Source: Promethearchaeati archaeon
Lineage (GTDB): Archaea; Asgardarchaeota; Heimdallarchaeia; JABLTI01
NCBI GenBank assembly: GCA_013166835.1
Contig: JABLTI010000002.1
Location: 594 to 64,593, forward strand
Direction: 5' to 3'
Length of the DNA: 64,000 nt
Below, piece by piece: positions 20,075 to 29,879 of this stretch. The notes below the pieces were generated by a model, which was given only the letters and a program-made list of their open reading frames with translations, was not told the origin of the DNA and did not search any database. Within the stretch, counting starts at the first letter, position 1. Each line of letters begins with the position of its first letter. The position numbers were made by a program, and so were the translations under genes.

Positions 20075-20614
20075 ATGGGTAAATCAGTAAATGCTGGAGA
20101 ATCACAAGCAAGAAACCGCTATACAATGTATTCCAAAATAGCTTTCAAAGAAGAATATGTACAAATTGCTGCATTATTTACTGAAACAGCAGATAATGAA
20201 TATCAACATGCTAAACAATTCTTTAATTTCCTTGAAGGTGGCATGGTGGAATTCACAGCAGCTTATCCAACTGACATTGGTACTACAGAAGAGAATCTAA
20301 AATTCGCTGCAATGGGCGAAAACGAAGAGCATACAATACTTTATCCCGGATTTGCTAAGGTTGCTGAAGAAGAAGGTTTTCCAGAAGTTGCATTGAAATT
20401 CAAAAATATTGCTAAAGTTGAAGTTGAACATGAAAAGAGATACCTTGCACTTTTAGAGAGTATTAAAGAAGGTACAGTATTCAAAAAATCAAAGAAAATG
20501 CGATGGAAATGTCGCGTTTGTGGTTTTGTATACGAAGGTGAAGAACCACCAGAAATATGTCCAGTATGTGGACATGATCATCATTTCTACGAGCTCATTT
20601 GCGAAGAATACTAG
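20075..20614 (+). CDS. rbr: rubrerythrin
   Basis: Ferritin-like diiron ExxH motifs ([29 protein letters not shown]) followed by a C-terminal rubredoxin-like CRVC...CPVC. Confidence 0.9.
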   Translation: MGKSVNAGESQARNRYTMYSKIAFKEEYVQIAALFTETADNEYQHAKQFFNFLEGGMVEFTAAYPTDIGTTEENLKFAAMGENEEHTILYPGFAKVAEEEGFPEVALKFKNIAKVEVEHEKRYLALLESIKEGTVFKKSKKMRWKCRVCGFVYEGEEPPEICPVCGHDHHFYELICEEY

Positions 20615-20637
20615 ACGTGAAGGAAATCTCTTTGTAG

Positions 20638-20681
20638 ATTGCAGTTTTAATTCTACTGCAATACTTTTTTTCTTTTATTTC
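20638..20681 (+). terminator. hairpin plus T-tract downstream of rbr
   Basis: ATTGCAGT (20638-20645) pairs with ACTGCAAT (20655-20662), followed by ACTTTTTTTCTTTTATTTC. Confidence 0.4.
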
Positions 20682-20761
20682 TCAGTCAATTTCTATTTTT
20701 TGCAAAGGCATATATATCGCTATACCATTATACTATTCATGAAATTATTTGTGGGAGAATA

Positions 20762-21148
20762 ATGGCTGCTACAAAGATTAAATGCCCAAATTGTGGAAAG
20801 AAAATCGAGAATTGGCTAGTTTATTGTGAATTTTGTGGGCATCTACTTGATAAGAAAAAAGCTCCTAAAATCAGCACTCCTACTTCTAATTTAAAATCAA
20901 ATGTTGCTGTTTCATCCTCAACTATTGATCCTGTTACAGGTGAGAAAAAACTCATTGTTAAAGTATCCGAACAAAAGAAACAAAAAGTGAAATGGTATAC
21001 TCCTCCAAAACGAGAGCGTCCTGCTTATCATCCTCTTGAGTGGTTTTTCTGGATTGGTTGGGGTCTCTATGTTTTCTTTCGTTTTCTAGTGAAAGAAACA
21101 ATTCGTTACTTTAAATGGTGTTGCTATTGGGGGCCATCAAAAGATTAG
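20762..21148 (+). CDS. zinc-ribbon membrane protein, function unknown
   Basis: N-terminal CPNC-x12-CEFC ribbon, a basic linker, and a C-terminal hydrophobic helix (WFFWIGWGLYVFFRFL). Confidence 0.5.
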   Translation: MAATKIKCPNCGKKIENWLVYCEFCGHLLDKKKAPKISTPTSNLKSNVAVSSSTIDPVTGEKKLIVKVSEQKKQKVKWYTPPKRERPAYHPLEWFFWIGWGLYVFFRFLVKETIRYFKWCCYWGPSKD

Positions 21149-21158
21149 AAAATTCTGT

Positions 21159-22409
21159 TCATGTGAACAAGACTTTTTCTCTTTCAATTGATTTTCGTGC
21201 TAAGAAAACCATACCACCTAAGAGTAGTACTATTAATCCAAGAAATATTCCATCAACCCATCCAAATGATAGATCAACCATTGAAAGGAAGGAATGATAA
21301 ATCCAGTAAAAGGGATTGATCTGGGCATAGAACATCGTTGTTCCAGGATCAAATGCAACGGTAAAATAGAATAGCAAACCAAGACCCATTACAACTGTAA
21401 TTCCAACTCGTTCAGCAACAGTCTTTGAAAACATGGTGTCAACTGTCATTAAAGCTAGCATAGTTAAGACTAGTGCAATTACAATTCCTAATAGCAAAAC
21501 TATTCCTTGTATTGAAATCAAATCTTGTATTGAAAGAGATAAGATTCCTTCAACGCCTACGCTTTCACCAGGATCACCAAGAACTTGTAAGCTAATCAAA
21601 CCAGCAAAAGCAGAACCAGCAAAGTACGCTAAAATGCTGAGTAATGATGCTATGAATCCAACTATTAACTTTGAGAAAACTAAGTTAGACCTGTTCCTTG
21701 TAATAGACAGCATCGTTTCAAATGTTCCATCTTCTTTTTCCTTAGAAAATCCTATAGTTCGACCCATATTGCCAACAAGTGTCACAAGAATAAACATCGC
21801 GTAAGCAAATGGAGCTGCTAGTTTCATTGTATCTTGGGACCAGCCCGAATCTGAGTCTCCTGCTGGAGGTGTATAACTTATTTGTTCTAATCGTGGTAAA
21901 TTTTCTTGAGTAACATTGTTCATAAATAGTATCGTCCCATCAACAACTTCCTGAATCTTTAGAACGATTTGATCAAAATACACACCTTGAATTGAAATTT
22001 CACTTGATGATTTCCGTGATTCAATTTTCGAGATTCCATCGAATGTTGTCTCTGTAAAATTAGCGGGGATGTAAATACTGTTCGTTGCATTTAATGCTTC
22101 TTCTCTTGTATCTACTATTTCAATTACTAAGTTAGATGTGTTTTCAGCAAAATATTGCATGTTGAATATAGCTGATTCTCCCAGATTTATTTCAAAGAGA
22201 GTCCCATTAACATGTTGTTCGATTGAACCTAAATCATCAGAACAAACTGTAATTACAGTATCAGCTGTCCCAAGAAATAAGGTGGGTAAGCTAACTATAA
22301 GAAACATCATGATGAATGGCACAAAGACAGTTATGAGAATTGTTTTCCAAGTAAAGACAAGTCTCAAATCTTTTCTTAATATTGCTCCAAACTGACTTTT
22401 CTTTTTCAT
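21159..22409 (-). CDS. ABC-2 type exporter permease
   Basis: N-terminal TM helix, a large extracytoplasmic loop, then five C-terminal TM helices. Its start overlaps the stop of the upstream ABC ATPase gene by 4 nt. Confidence 0.7.
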   Translation of the reverse strand: MKKKSQFGAILRKDLRLVFTWKTILITVFVPFIMMFLIVSLPTLFLGTADTVITVCSDDLGSIEQHVNGTLFEINLGESAIFNMQYFAENTSNLVIEIVDTREEALNATNSIYIPANFTETTFDGISKIESRKSSSEISIQGVYFDQIVLKIQEVVDGTILFMNNVTQENLPRLEQISYTPPAGDSDSGWSQDTMKLAAPFAYAMFILVTLVGNMGRTIGFSKEKEDGTFETMLSITRNRSNLVFSKLIVGFIASLLSILAYFAGSAFAGLISLQVLGDPGESVGVEGILSLSIQDLISIQGIVLLLGIVIALVLTMLALMTVDTMFSKTVAERVGITVVMGLGLLFYFTVAFDPGTTMFYAQINPFYWIYHSFLSMVDLSFGWVDGIFLGLIVLLLGGMVFLARKSIEREKVLFT

Positions 22410-23209
22410 TTGCCTTCCTCCAATACAGACTCCTTTAGAGTTTTTGCTGTGTTAAGTTGTCTTCCTATTTTGAAAGCAGAAATAATTGCTTCCTCAAAAT
22501 CTGAATCTGGAGCATACGCTTGAATAACTTCTCCCTTTGTTCCCTCAAATACTAACTCTCCATCCTTCAAAATCCCTGTATGTGTTGCTAAATCTTCTAA
22601 ATCAGAAGTAATGTGCGAGGACATAACTACTGTTCTTCCTTCTTTTTCTACCAAATCATGTATTATATCTCGAACCATCTTTGCTCGTGCAATATCAAGA
22701 CCTGTGGTTGGTTCATCTAAAATTATTAAATCGCCACTTGAGATGATAGTTCTTACCAAACTAATAACTCGTTTTTCTCCTCCAGATAATTTCCCGAAAT
22801 TGAGATCTAGTTTGTCTTCCATCTCTAATAATCTGAGAAGTTTCTCCATATTTATTGTTGCTTCAATTTTATCCACGCCTACAATGGAAGTAAACAAGAG
22901 AATATTATCTCGAGTTTTGAAATCCTTATAACCAGCACTTAATTGAGACAAGATGCCAATTTCTGATCTAACAAGTTCAGGATTACTAACAACATCGATA
23001 CCTTGAACAAAAACTTCTCCGGAAGTAGGTTTGAGTATTCCAGTTAAAATTCTAATAGTTGTAGTTTTACCAGCACCATTTGGACCTAAGAGTGCATAAA
23101 TACACCCTTTGGGAATATTTAATGAAACATTTTTCAGAATTTGTTTAGATCCAAAGTTTTTGCACAAATTCTTTGTTTCAATAATGAATTCATTTGACAT
23201 TTCAATCAC
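22406..23209 (-). CDS. ABC transporter ATP-binding protein
   Basis: Walker A GPNGAGKTT, signature LSGGEKR, Walker B LIILDEPTTGLD, H-loop SSH. Confidence 0.9.
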   Translation of the reverse strand: MIEMSNEFIIETKNLCKNFGSKQILKNVSLNIPKGCIYALLGPNGAGKTTTIRILTGILKPTSGEVFVQGIDVVSNPELVRSEIGILSQLSAGYKDFKTRDNILLFTSIVGVDKIEATINMEKLLRLLEMEDKLDLNFGKLSGGEKRVISLVRTIISSGDLIILDEPTTGLDIARAKMVRDIIHDLVEKEGRTVVMSSHITSDLEDLATHTGILKDGELVFEGTKGEVIQAYAPDSDFEEAIISAFKIGRQLNTAKTLKESVLEEGK

Positions 23210-23334
23210 ATATCATGGATTTTACGAATTAGGGTAAGTGAATAAATTTAATCCTACTTGATTTGAATAGAGAGATTGAGTATAAAAACAAGTTCAAATC
23301 TCTAAAAATTCTTTTGTATGGAAATTTCGTAATG

Positions 23335-24396
23335 TTATTTCTTCAAATAGAATTTATATCTTGGGGTTTTTTCAATTCCTCCTTCCCAGACAAATTCTAG
23401 TCTTCTTTCTATGATTTTTTTCTTTTCGAGCTTTTTCAAATAATCATAAATTATTGGACTGAAGGACAACCCATTAATTGGTGAGAGATCACTGAATTCC
23501 TCCTTTGTTAATCCAATCTTCTCACTGTTATTCATAATAAACACCCAAATACCCGCAACATCATTTTGTTGATTTTTTATTGCTTCAAGAACTATCTTTG
23601 TGAATTCATCCTTTTTGGGGGAAAAATCTGGGGGAGATCGATGATGTAGTAATTGTTCAACTGAAATATTGTTTCTCTCTAGAGTAATTAACACATTCTG
23701 TGGTGGTTCAAACTTGCAAGGGAGAAGTGTTTTCACAGCTTTAAATCCAACTTCAAATGAACTGAAAAAGGAACTGTGTTGAGAACAACTCAAATACAGT
23801 GGTTGCATCCAATTTGCTATGAAAATTTGGTTTGGATAATATTTATGTAGAACAACAAAGGCGAATTGTCCTTGGAAGTTTTCACAAGATTTCTTTATTG
23901 CTTCCTTAATATCATCCGTTTTGTGAAGATTTTCTTCTAGAAGAAACCCGAAAATTTCACTATCACAATAATCTACAACAATTTCTTTTGTTTCCTTATC
24001 ATAGTATTCCGATTTTGATTTAAATTCATAACCCTTTGCTTCTAAATCATCTATGTACGGCTTATAATTTGTTATAGTGCCATTATGCATAGTTACGAAT
24101 GTTTTATCGTTGTTCCAGAAAGGGTGTGCTTTATCTACAGTATTAGTTTCAGCATTTTTCACATTCTTTATTGCATACCTTGTATGACCAATCCCAATCT
24201 CTGGTTCTTCTTTTATTTGAAAGAGTTCCTTAAAATTCTTCATTGGTCCTACTGTTTTATACATTGTAATTCCTGCATCATTCATAGTTGCTAGCCCTGT
24301 TGCTTGGGCTCCAATAATTGGTTCTTGGACTTCTAGCGAATCAAGTATGATAGGTATGCAGTTTTTATTTCCGATATAACCAGCTAAATGACACAT
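23335..24396 (-). CDS. class-II (Ntn) glutamine amidotransferase domain protein, GlmS-N-like, with winged-helix-like C-terminus
   Basis: Starts MCHLAGYIG (catalytic Cys2). GIGHTRYA and HNGTITNY parallel GlmS MCGIVG / GIAHTRWA / HNGIIEN. There are no SIS domains. The C-terminal ~120 aa end in a wH-like LKKLEKKKIIERRLEFVWEGG. Confidence 0.65.
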   Translation of the reverse strand: MCHLAGYIGNKNCIPIILDSLEVQEPIIGAQATGLATMNDAGITMYKTVGPMKNFKELFQIKEEPEIGIGHTRYAIKNVKNAETNTVDKAHPFWNNDKTFVTMHNGTITNYKPYIDDLEAKGYEFKSKSEYYDKETKEIVVDYCDSEIFGFLLEENLHKTDDIKEAIKKSCENFQGQFAFVVLHKYYPNQIFIANWMQPLYLSCSQHSSFFSSFEVGFKAVKTLLPCKFEPPQNVLITLERNNISVEQLLHHRSPPDFSPKKDEFTKIVLEAIKNQQNDVAGIWVFIMNNSEKIGLTKEEFSDLSPINGLSFSPIIYDYLKKLEKKKIIERRLEFVWEGGIEKTPRYKFYLKK

Positions 24397-24423
24397 TTTT
24401 TTCCTCTATTTATGGTTTGATAA

Positions 24424-25395
24424 TTATATGCCGATTTCAACCTTTTGGTGTTTAAGGAATTCCTGAAGATCCTCTCGAGTAGGTAAAGATGTCATTGCGC
24501 CTTTTTTCTGAACAACTAGAGCTCCTACAGCATTACCAATGATCCCTGCTTCCTGTATTGATTTCTCTTCTAACAAGCCAAAAATGAACCCAACATTAAA
24601 TCCATCACCAGCGCCGGTTGTATCTAAAACTTGGACATCAAATGATGGAACTGCAAGAAAGAAATCTTCTCTTTTCTTAATGAGACATCCTTCCTTTCCT
24701 CTTTTAAGTGCAACAATATCAATAGGATACTTTTTCATGATTAAATCAACGGCTTCTTGCTCTTCAATATCTTCTCTTTGTAAAATGAATTTTAATTCTT
24801 CTAAAGAAGGATATAAGATATCTGTTTTTTTCAAAACCTTATCCATTATCTCCCTCAAAGTCTTGAGATTATCCCATAAATCTAAACGAAGATTCGGATC
24901 AAAACATGAGATCCCTCCTGCTTCTCGACATTTATCTATAGCAGAGATTGTTGCTGTTCTACTTGGCTCTTCAGTTAATGATACTGTTCCAAAGTGAATG
25001 TATTTAGCATTCGTTAAATATTCTAATTTTAATTCCTTCTCTGTTAACTGTAAATCTGCGGCATTTTTTCTATAAAATACAAAATCCCTTTCGGCATCTT
25101 CATCCAATGAAACGAAAGCAAGGGCTGTCCGTTCATTTTTCTGTGCTTTTATTACATTCTCAGTGTTAACTTTCTCATTTTTCAATACTTCAATGAGATA
25201 TTCTCCAAATGGATCATTACCAACTTTACCAACAAAAGCTACATCTACTCCTAATCTTGCTAATCCAACTGCAAAATTTGCAGGAGCACCACCAGGACAC
25301 TTTTGAAAACTTTTTACTTTATTTATAACCCCTACTTCCTCAGAGATAAAATCAATGAGCACTTCACCTATAGAAAGCACAACAGGAAAACCCAC
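24424..25395 (-). CDS. PfkB-family sugar kinase (fructokinase/KDG-kinase-like)
   Basis: N-terminal GGAPAN motif and C-terminal DTTGAGDGFNVGF anion-hole/catalytic motif. Confidence 0.85.
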   Translation of the reverse strand: MGFPVVLSIGEVLIDFISEEVGVINKVKSFQKCPGGAPANFAVGLARLGVDVAFVGKVGNDPFGEYLIEVLKNEKVNTENVIKAQKNERTALAFVSLDEDAERDFVFYRKNAADLQLTEKELKLEYLTNAKYIHFGTVSLTEEPSRTATISAIDKCREAGGISCFDPNLRLDLWDNLKTLREIMDKVLKKTDILYPSLEELKFILQREDIEEQEAVDLIMKKYPIDIVALKRGKEGCLIKKREDFFLAVPSFDVQVLDTTGAGDGFNVGFIFGLLEEKSIQEAGIIGNAVGALVVQKKGAMTSLPTREDLQEFLKHQKVEIGI

Positions 25396-25580
25396 TTTAG
25401 ATCACGGGTCAATTATTTGTTTTACTTTTGAAAAAGATTTTCCTCATAAAACTGTATTGAATTTCATTTCAATAAATTTAAAATTCGTAAAAGCTAACCT
25501 TATTAAGTAAAAATACCTTATGTAGATAAATCAAATATATAATTCGATTTTATCTCTAATACCCTTGGAGTAAATGAATC

Positions 25581-26102
25581 TTGAGTGAAATATTCCTAGA
25601 CTGTGATTCCCCTTGTGTGAGTTGCCCGTTCAATAGAATTTTCAAGATTGGCAACTTTAATGGCAGGCATCTTCGAGGTTCTTATTATTGTGTAAATGAT
25701 GGTATTTTGTACCTCTGTAAAAGAGGAGTTGGTTTTAGAATGGTTAAGGGGCAATTACGACCATTCTGTCCAAGATGTGATAGGGAATTAGGGCAAATCA
25801 TTCTAAGTTATAATCAAGGAAAAGACTTCCGTCCTTTTGAAGACGATATTTTACTTGTTGTTCGTATTCCTCTTCAATCGAGATTTGACATCACAAAGGT
25901 TCTAAGAGGATCCTATTTCAAAGATCTTTCAGAGGTCTTACTATACATCTATTTCAATGAAGGCGAAGGTGAGTTTAATATTGTCAGATACAGAAAATCT
26001 GATAATCAATACTCTGTGATCTTCTCAGGTAGAATAAGTTCAGATGATATAGAAATTGAAATTATTAGAACAGAAGTAATCGAACCTCCTCAGCTACGAT
26101 GA
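25581..26102 (+). CDS. hypothetical Cys-rich protein
   Basis: 173-aa ORF with GGAG upstream of a TTG start. CxxxC..C and CPRC pairs suggest a Zn site. No family recognised. Confidence 0.4.
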   Translation: MSEIFLDCDSPCVSCPFNRIFKIGNFNGRHLRGSYYCVNDGILYLCKRGVGFRMVKGQLRPFCPRCDRELGQIILSYNQGKDFRPFEDDILLVVRIPLQSRFDITKVLRGSYFKDLSEVLLYIYFNEGEGEFNIVRYRKSDNQYSVIFSGRISSDDIEIEIIRTEVIEPPQLR

Positions 26103-26170
26103 AAAAAATATACTATCTTTCTTGTGAAAATCTTTTTAATGGTACTAGCTGAAGTAGGATTTGTGATACA

Positions 26171-26407
26171 ATGTCCCAAACAAACAAATTGTTTCATATT
26201 TGCCATGTAATGTTCTCCAATGGTGTTACTAAACCTGAAATGTCACGAACTTTACAAGAGCTACAAGGCATCATCGAACATGTTGAAGACTATGATATGC
26301 CGGTTATTATGAAGGATCTTATTGAACAAGGATACGTTGGGGAATTTGAAGGAAAATATTTCCTTCTAGGGAAAGGTATCATTGCAGTAGCAGCGATATT
26401 TACCTAA
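26171..26407 (+). CDS. hypothetical small protein (winged-helix-like)
   Basis: 78-aa ORF. MKDLIEQGYVGEFEGKYFLLGKG resembles a recognition helix plus wing. Confidence 0.35.
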   Translation: MSQTNKLFHICHVMFSNGVTKPEMSRTLQELQGIIEHVEDYDMPVIMKDLIEQGYVGEFEGKYFLLGKGIIAVAAIFT

Positions 26408-26471
26408 TAACTTCAATGTGCTCTACTACACGTTGTTGGGATAAACTACAACAAGTTTTTAGAGAACAAAA

Positions 26472-27206
26472 ATGAAAGTTATTAGTTGTACGAATGAAAA
26501 TGAAAACATTACATATGAAAATTATGACCTACTAGGAGAAATTAAGGTGTCAAAGAGTAAGAAACCAAAAGGAATTATCCTTGTCTCTTTTGAATATCCC
26601 CCAAGGAGATTAACTAAAACTAGCGATGTAGTTTTCAAGTTAGCTCAGCACCTTACAAAACAAAAAGTGAAAACACATGTTATTACTTTTGATGATTGGC
26701 GTTCCGGTACAGAAGTAGAAAAGAAAATTATTGTTACTCGTATTCCGAATCATATACCAAATAATATTTCACCTTTTTCGACTATTATGAATTTGAAACC
26801 TGCCTATCAAAGTGCTATTACATCTGTTTTACAGAAGGAACAAATTGATGTGATTCATTTCTTTAATTGGCAAACACTTCCGTTATTGATTCCATGGGGG
26901 TCAAGTTTGGATGCTGCAAAGATGTATACAGCTTCATCTGTTCAATTAACTCGAGATGCATCTTCATCCCCACAAAATGATGGAATTAAAAAAGTAGAGC
27001 AAAAGAGTTTGAAAGAATTAGATTTTATTCTAGCGGATTCAATAGCTGTAATGAAATTTCTACATAATGATTATGAAATTGATGAGAAAAAAGTCTTATT
27101 GCAGCCTTTAATTGACATAAATTACTCGAAAAATGTTTACTTAATTTATCAGAAAATGGTTGAAAAAGCTGAATTAAAAAAAGAAGAAAAGAAGGGTAAA
27201 AAATAA
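26472..27206 (+). CDS. half-glycosyltransferase paralog (GT-B N-terminal Rossmann half only)
   Basis: Aligns by eye with the N-terminal half of the downstream GT (GIILVSFEYPP vs LNVLMLSWEFPP; IDVIHFFNW vs IDIIHAHDW). It stops before the nucleotide-sugar-binding half, and its stop lies 1 nt before the next start. Confidence 0.5.
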   Translation: MKVISCTNENENITYENYDLLGEIKVSKSKKPKGIILVSFEYPPRRLTKTSDVVFKLAQHLTKQKVKTHVITFDDWRSGTEVEKKIIVTRIPNHIPNNISPFSTIMNLKPAYQSAITSVLQKEQIDVIHFFNWQTLPLLIPWGSSLDAAKMYTASSVQLTRDASSSPQNDGIKKVEQKSLKELDFILADSIAVMKFLHNDYEIDEKKVLLQPLIDINYSKNVYLIYQKMVEKAELKKEEKKGKK

Positions 27207-27207
27207 A

Positions 27208-28446
27208 ATGTCTCTAAACGTGCTAATGCTAAGTTGGGAATTTCCTCCATTCAAGGTTGGCGGTTTAGCAGCACATGTTTATGATTTATCGAAAATGCTT
27301 GTTAAAAAAGGCTATAATATTCATGTTGTTACTTGTAGCTTTCCAGGAACTGCTGATTATGAATTAGTTGATGGAGTTCATGTCCATCGTTTTGATGCTT
27401 ATGAAATTCCTGCTCCTGAATTTCTTCAATGGGATTTGAACATGAATGTCCTAATGGAAAAGAAAGCTATAGAGATTATCAATGAACATGATATAGATAT
27501 AATCCATGCTCACGATTGGTTAGTTGCTTCTGCAGCAATTGGCTTGAAGCATTTATTCAGAAAACCTATGATAGCTACTATTCATTCGCTAGAACGAGGT
27601 CGAAGAAATGGTCTTTCAAATGATGGTCAACACATGATTGATCAGATCGAGAATTTCCTTATTCAAGAAGCATGGCACAACATAGTTTGTAGTCAATATA
27701 TGCAGTCACTCTGTCACTTTTCCTTTAGATTTCCAAATGATAAAATGACCATTATACCAAATGGTGTTAGATATGATGATTTCTCTGTTGAGCTTTCAAA
27801 AGGAGATGCAGTAAAGCATCATAAGAAATATGCGCAAATTGAAGAGCAAATTGTTGCGTATATTGGAAGATTAGTCCCTGAGAAAGGTGTTAATATTTTA
27901 CTTGGTGCGGTTAAACCTGTTCTTGAGAAAATGCCTAACACAAAATTCGTTATTGCTGGAGAAGGTTGGCATAGAAATGAATTACAGCGAATTGCAAAAG
28001 AATTGAACATTGAAGAAAAGGTTCTTTTCACCGGATACTTGCCTGAGGAGGATTTCCTAGCTTATTTCAATGTATCAGATATTTTAGTTGTCCCCTCCAC
28101 TTATGAACCATTTGGGATTGTTGCTCTTGAAGGGATGGCTACAAAAACTCCTATAATTGTTTCTGACGTAGGAGGATTATCAGAGATTGTGGATCATCAA
28201 TGGACAGGAATGAAAGTTCCAGCTGATAATTCACAAGCCTTAGCTGATTCTATTATTGAATTACTTACAAATGAAACATTAAGAACTCGAATTGTCTCAA
28301 ATGCCATAGACAAGCTAAAACATGTCTATGACTGGTTCATAATTGCTGATCATACAATCAAGGTCTACCAAAATGTCTTTGATGAATGGAAAGATCATTC
28401 CTGGAAAACTAAAGAAGATTCACTCAAATATAAGATAAAGAAATAA
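27208..28446 (+). CDS. GT-B glycosyltransferase (GT4/glycogen-synthase-like)
   Basis: SWEFPPFKVGGLAAHV N-terminus, GRLVPEKG, and the E-x7-E motif (YEPFGIVALEGMA). Confidence 0.8.
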   Translation: MSLNVLMLSWEFPPFKVGGLAAHVYDLSKMLVKKGYNIHVVTCSFPGTADYELVDGVHVHRFDAYEIPAPEFLQWDLNMNVLMEKKAIEIINEHDIDIIHAHDWLVASAAIGLKHLFRKPMIATIHSLERGRRNGLSNDGQHMIDQIENFLIQEAWHNIVCSQYMQSLCHFSFRFPNDKMTIIPNGVRYDDFSVELSKGDAVKHHKKYAQIEEQIVAYIGRLVPEKGVNILLGAVKPVLEKMPNTKFVIAGEGWHRNELQRIAKELNIEEKVLFTGYLPEEDFLAYFNVSDILVVPSTYEPFGIVALEGMATKTPIIVSDVGGLSEIVDHQWTGMKVPADNSQALADSIIELLTNETLRTRIVSNAIDKLKHVYDWFIIADHTIKVYQNVFDEWKDHSWKTKEDSLKYKIKK

Positions 28447-28452
28447 TTCTTT

Positions 28453-29676
28453 TTAGACAGAAAGGTAAATTTCTTTTTGGGCCTCAAAAATCTCATTAAA
28501 GATTCTTTTTACTGTCTCAATTTCATTATTATCTGTACAATTTTTCAAAACAACTTTTAGAGCTTCGGATGAAGCAAGAATCAATTGATTTAATCCTTTA
28601 AGGATCATTTCTGAAGAATACCAAGGTCTTCCTGAAGCCCACCATAGTTGACAGCTATGCAATCCCATGTCTAACCATGACCGAGCATTTTCGTATCTCG
28701 TAACAATTTCCTTTGGTTGTTTATGATTATTATTGAAATATCTTTGAGCTTTCCCAACTAGAAAAAGTGTATGATTCATAACAGTTAATTGTAAATTGTG
28801 TATACGGTTATTCGGATCAGACCACAGAGGAAATGGCACTCCTTGTTGTAAATCTTCTGCAGTTGTAGACCAAGTACTTGGCACAGGATTTACTTTTCTC
28901 TCTTGAGAGAAGTATTGAGGTAACTCAGCGATTTTTACTAGCTTAACCTCTGAATCTTGATTTATCTTTGCAATCAATGGTTCGAAGAACTTCTCAATTA
29001 ATCCCTTGATATGGTGTCCATAAGTTTCCCCATCCATTGCTAAAATAACATAATAATCATCATTTTCAGGTTTTTTTGTACCCTTTAATTCTTGATAAAA
29101 CTCTTCCACAGTTGGATCCTTAAATGAAATTAAATTTGATAGTAAATCATTTCTAAAATAAATCTTGAAATTTGACTTTACAAATGGTATAAAGTCGTCT
29201 GGGAGTTCAACTTCTGGTGTTGCAACACTTGAGATAACTGTCCATTCGAAATTTTCAGCTATTAATGGTTCTATTACTCCATATTCATATGCCATTTCTG
29301 GTAACCAGAAACCTTTTGGTCTGAAGACATTTTCACCTAAAACCTTGTTGTATATTTCCTCATTGAGTTTTATCTGTCTGATTATTTCCTCTTGAGGTAT
29401 TAACGGTAAAATAGCATGATAACAACTAGAACCTATCAAATCTATTTGTTCTTTTATTACAAGAGATTTTATTGCATCAAGTAATTTGTTTTCTTCATAT
29501 AGATTTAGCAATTCAATTAGTGAACCATTTATGTTGAAAGTTATTCTTGTTTCAGGATTTTTTGCTATTACCTCAAATAGCGGTAGGTAAGATTCTTTGA
29601 TTATTTGCTTTAGAATCGCAGGTGTTTGAGTGGGTGGTTGATAAATATGTAGTACTAATGCAACGTATAATGTCAT
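28453..29676 (-). CDS. glycoside hydrolase family 57 enzyme (alpha-amylase / amylopullulanase / branching-enzyme-like)
   Basis: GH57 signatures: LHIYQPP (the HQP region), GFWLPEMAY (nucleophile Glu region), AMDGETYGHH (acid/base Asp region). Confidence 0.8.
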   Translation of the reverse strand: MTLYVALVLHIYQPPTQTPAILKQIIKESYLPLFEVIAKNPETRITFNINGSLIELLNLYEENKLLDAIKSLVIKEQIDLIGSSCYHAILPLIPQEEIIRQIKLNEEIYNKVLGENVFRPKGFWLPEMAYEYGVIEPLIAENFEWTVISSVATPEVELPDDFIPFVKSNFKIYFRNDLLSNLISFKDPTVEEFYQELKGTKKPENDDYYVILAMDGETYGHHIKGLIEKFFEPLIAKINQDSEVKLVKIAELPQYFSQERKVNPVPSTWSTTAEDLQQGVPFPLWSDPNNRIHNLQLTVMNHTLFLVGKAQRYFNNNHKQPKEIVTRYENARSWLDMGLHSCQLWWASGRPWYSSEMILKGLNQLILASSEALKVVLKNCTDNNEIETVKRIFNEIFEAQKEIYLSV

Positions 29677-29879
29677 TTATTCAGGTTCCATCTTGAGTTT
29701 GTTATATTTTTCTTTAATCTTGGTGATATAGGTTAAAAGATTTTAGATTGTCATAAAATTAACTAAAATTATTTTTTTACTTTCCCCCAAATTACAAACT
29801 CATACTTTATGGATTTAACCGAAAGTTTCTTTAAACCCTCACAAAGTTGTTGAATTATTACAAAATCGGAGGAAAAATT

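Noticed and set aside
20520-20762. 80-aa ORF overlapping the 3' end of rubrerythrin and the following spacer. A similar 60-aa ORF lies at 21115-21297.
   Set aside because: Both overlap well-supported genes or a terminator hairpin in another frame, have no RBS, and give low-complexity translations.
29847-29879. ORF-track start (TTG 29847) for the prefoldin beta gene.
   Set aside because: It would add MLNYYKIGGKI upstream of a strong GGAGG-N8-GTG at 29880. The shorter product matches the usual prefoldin beta length.
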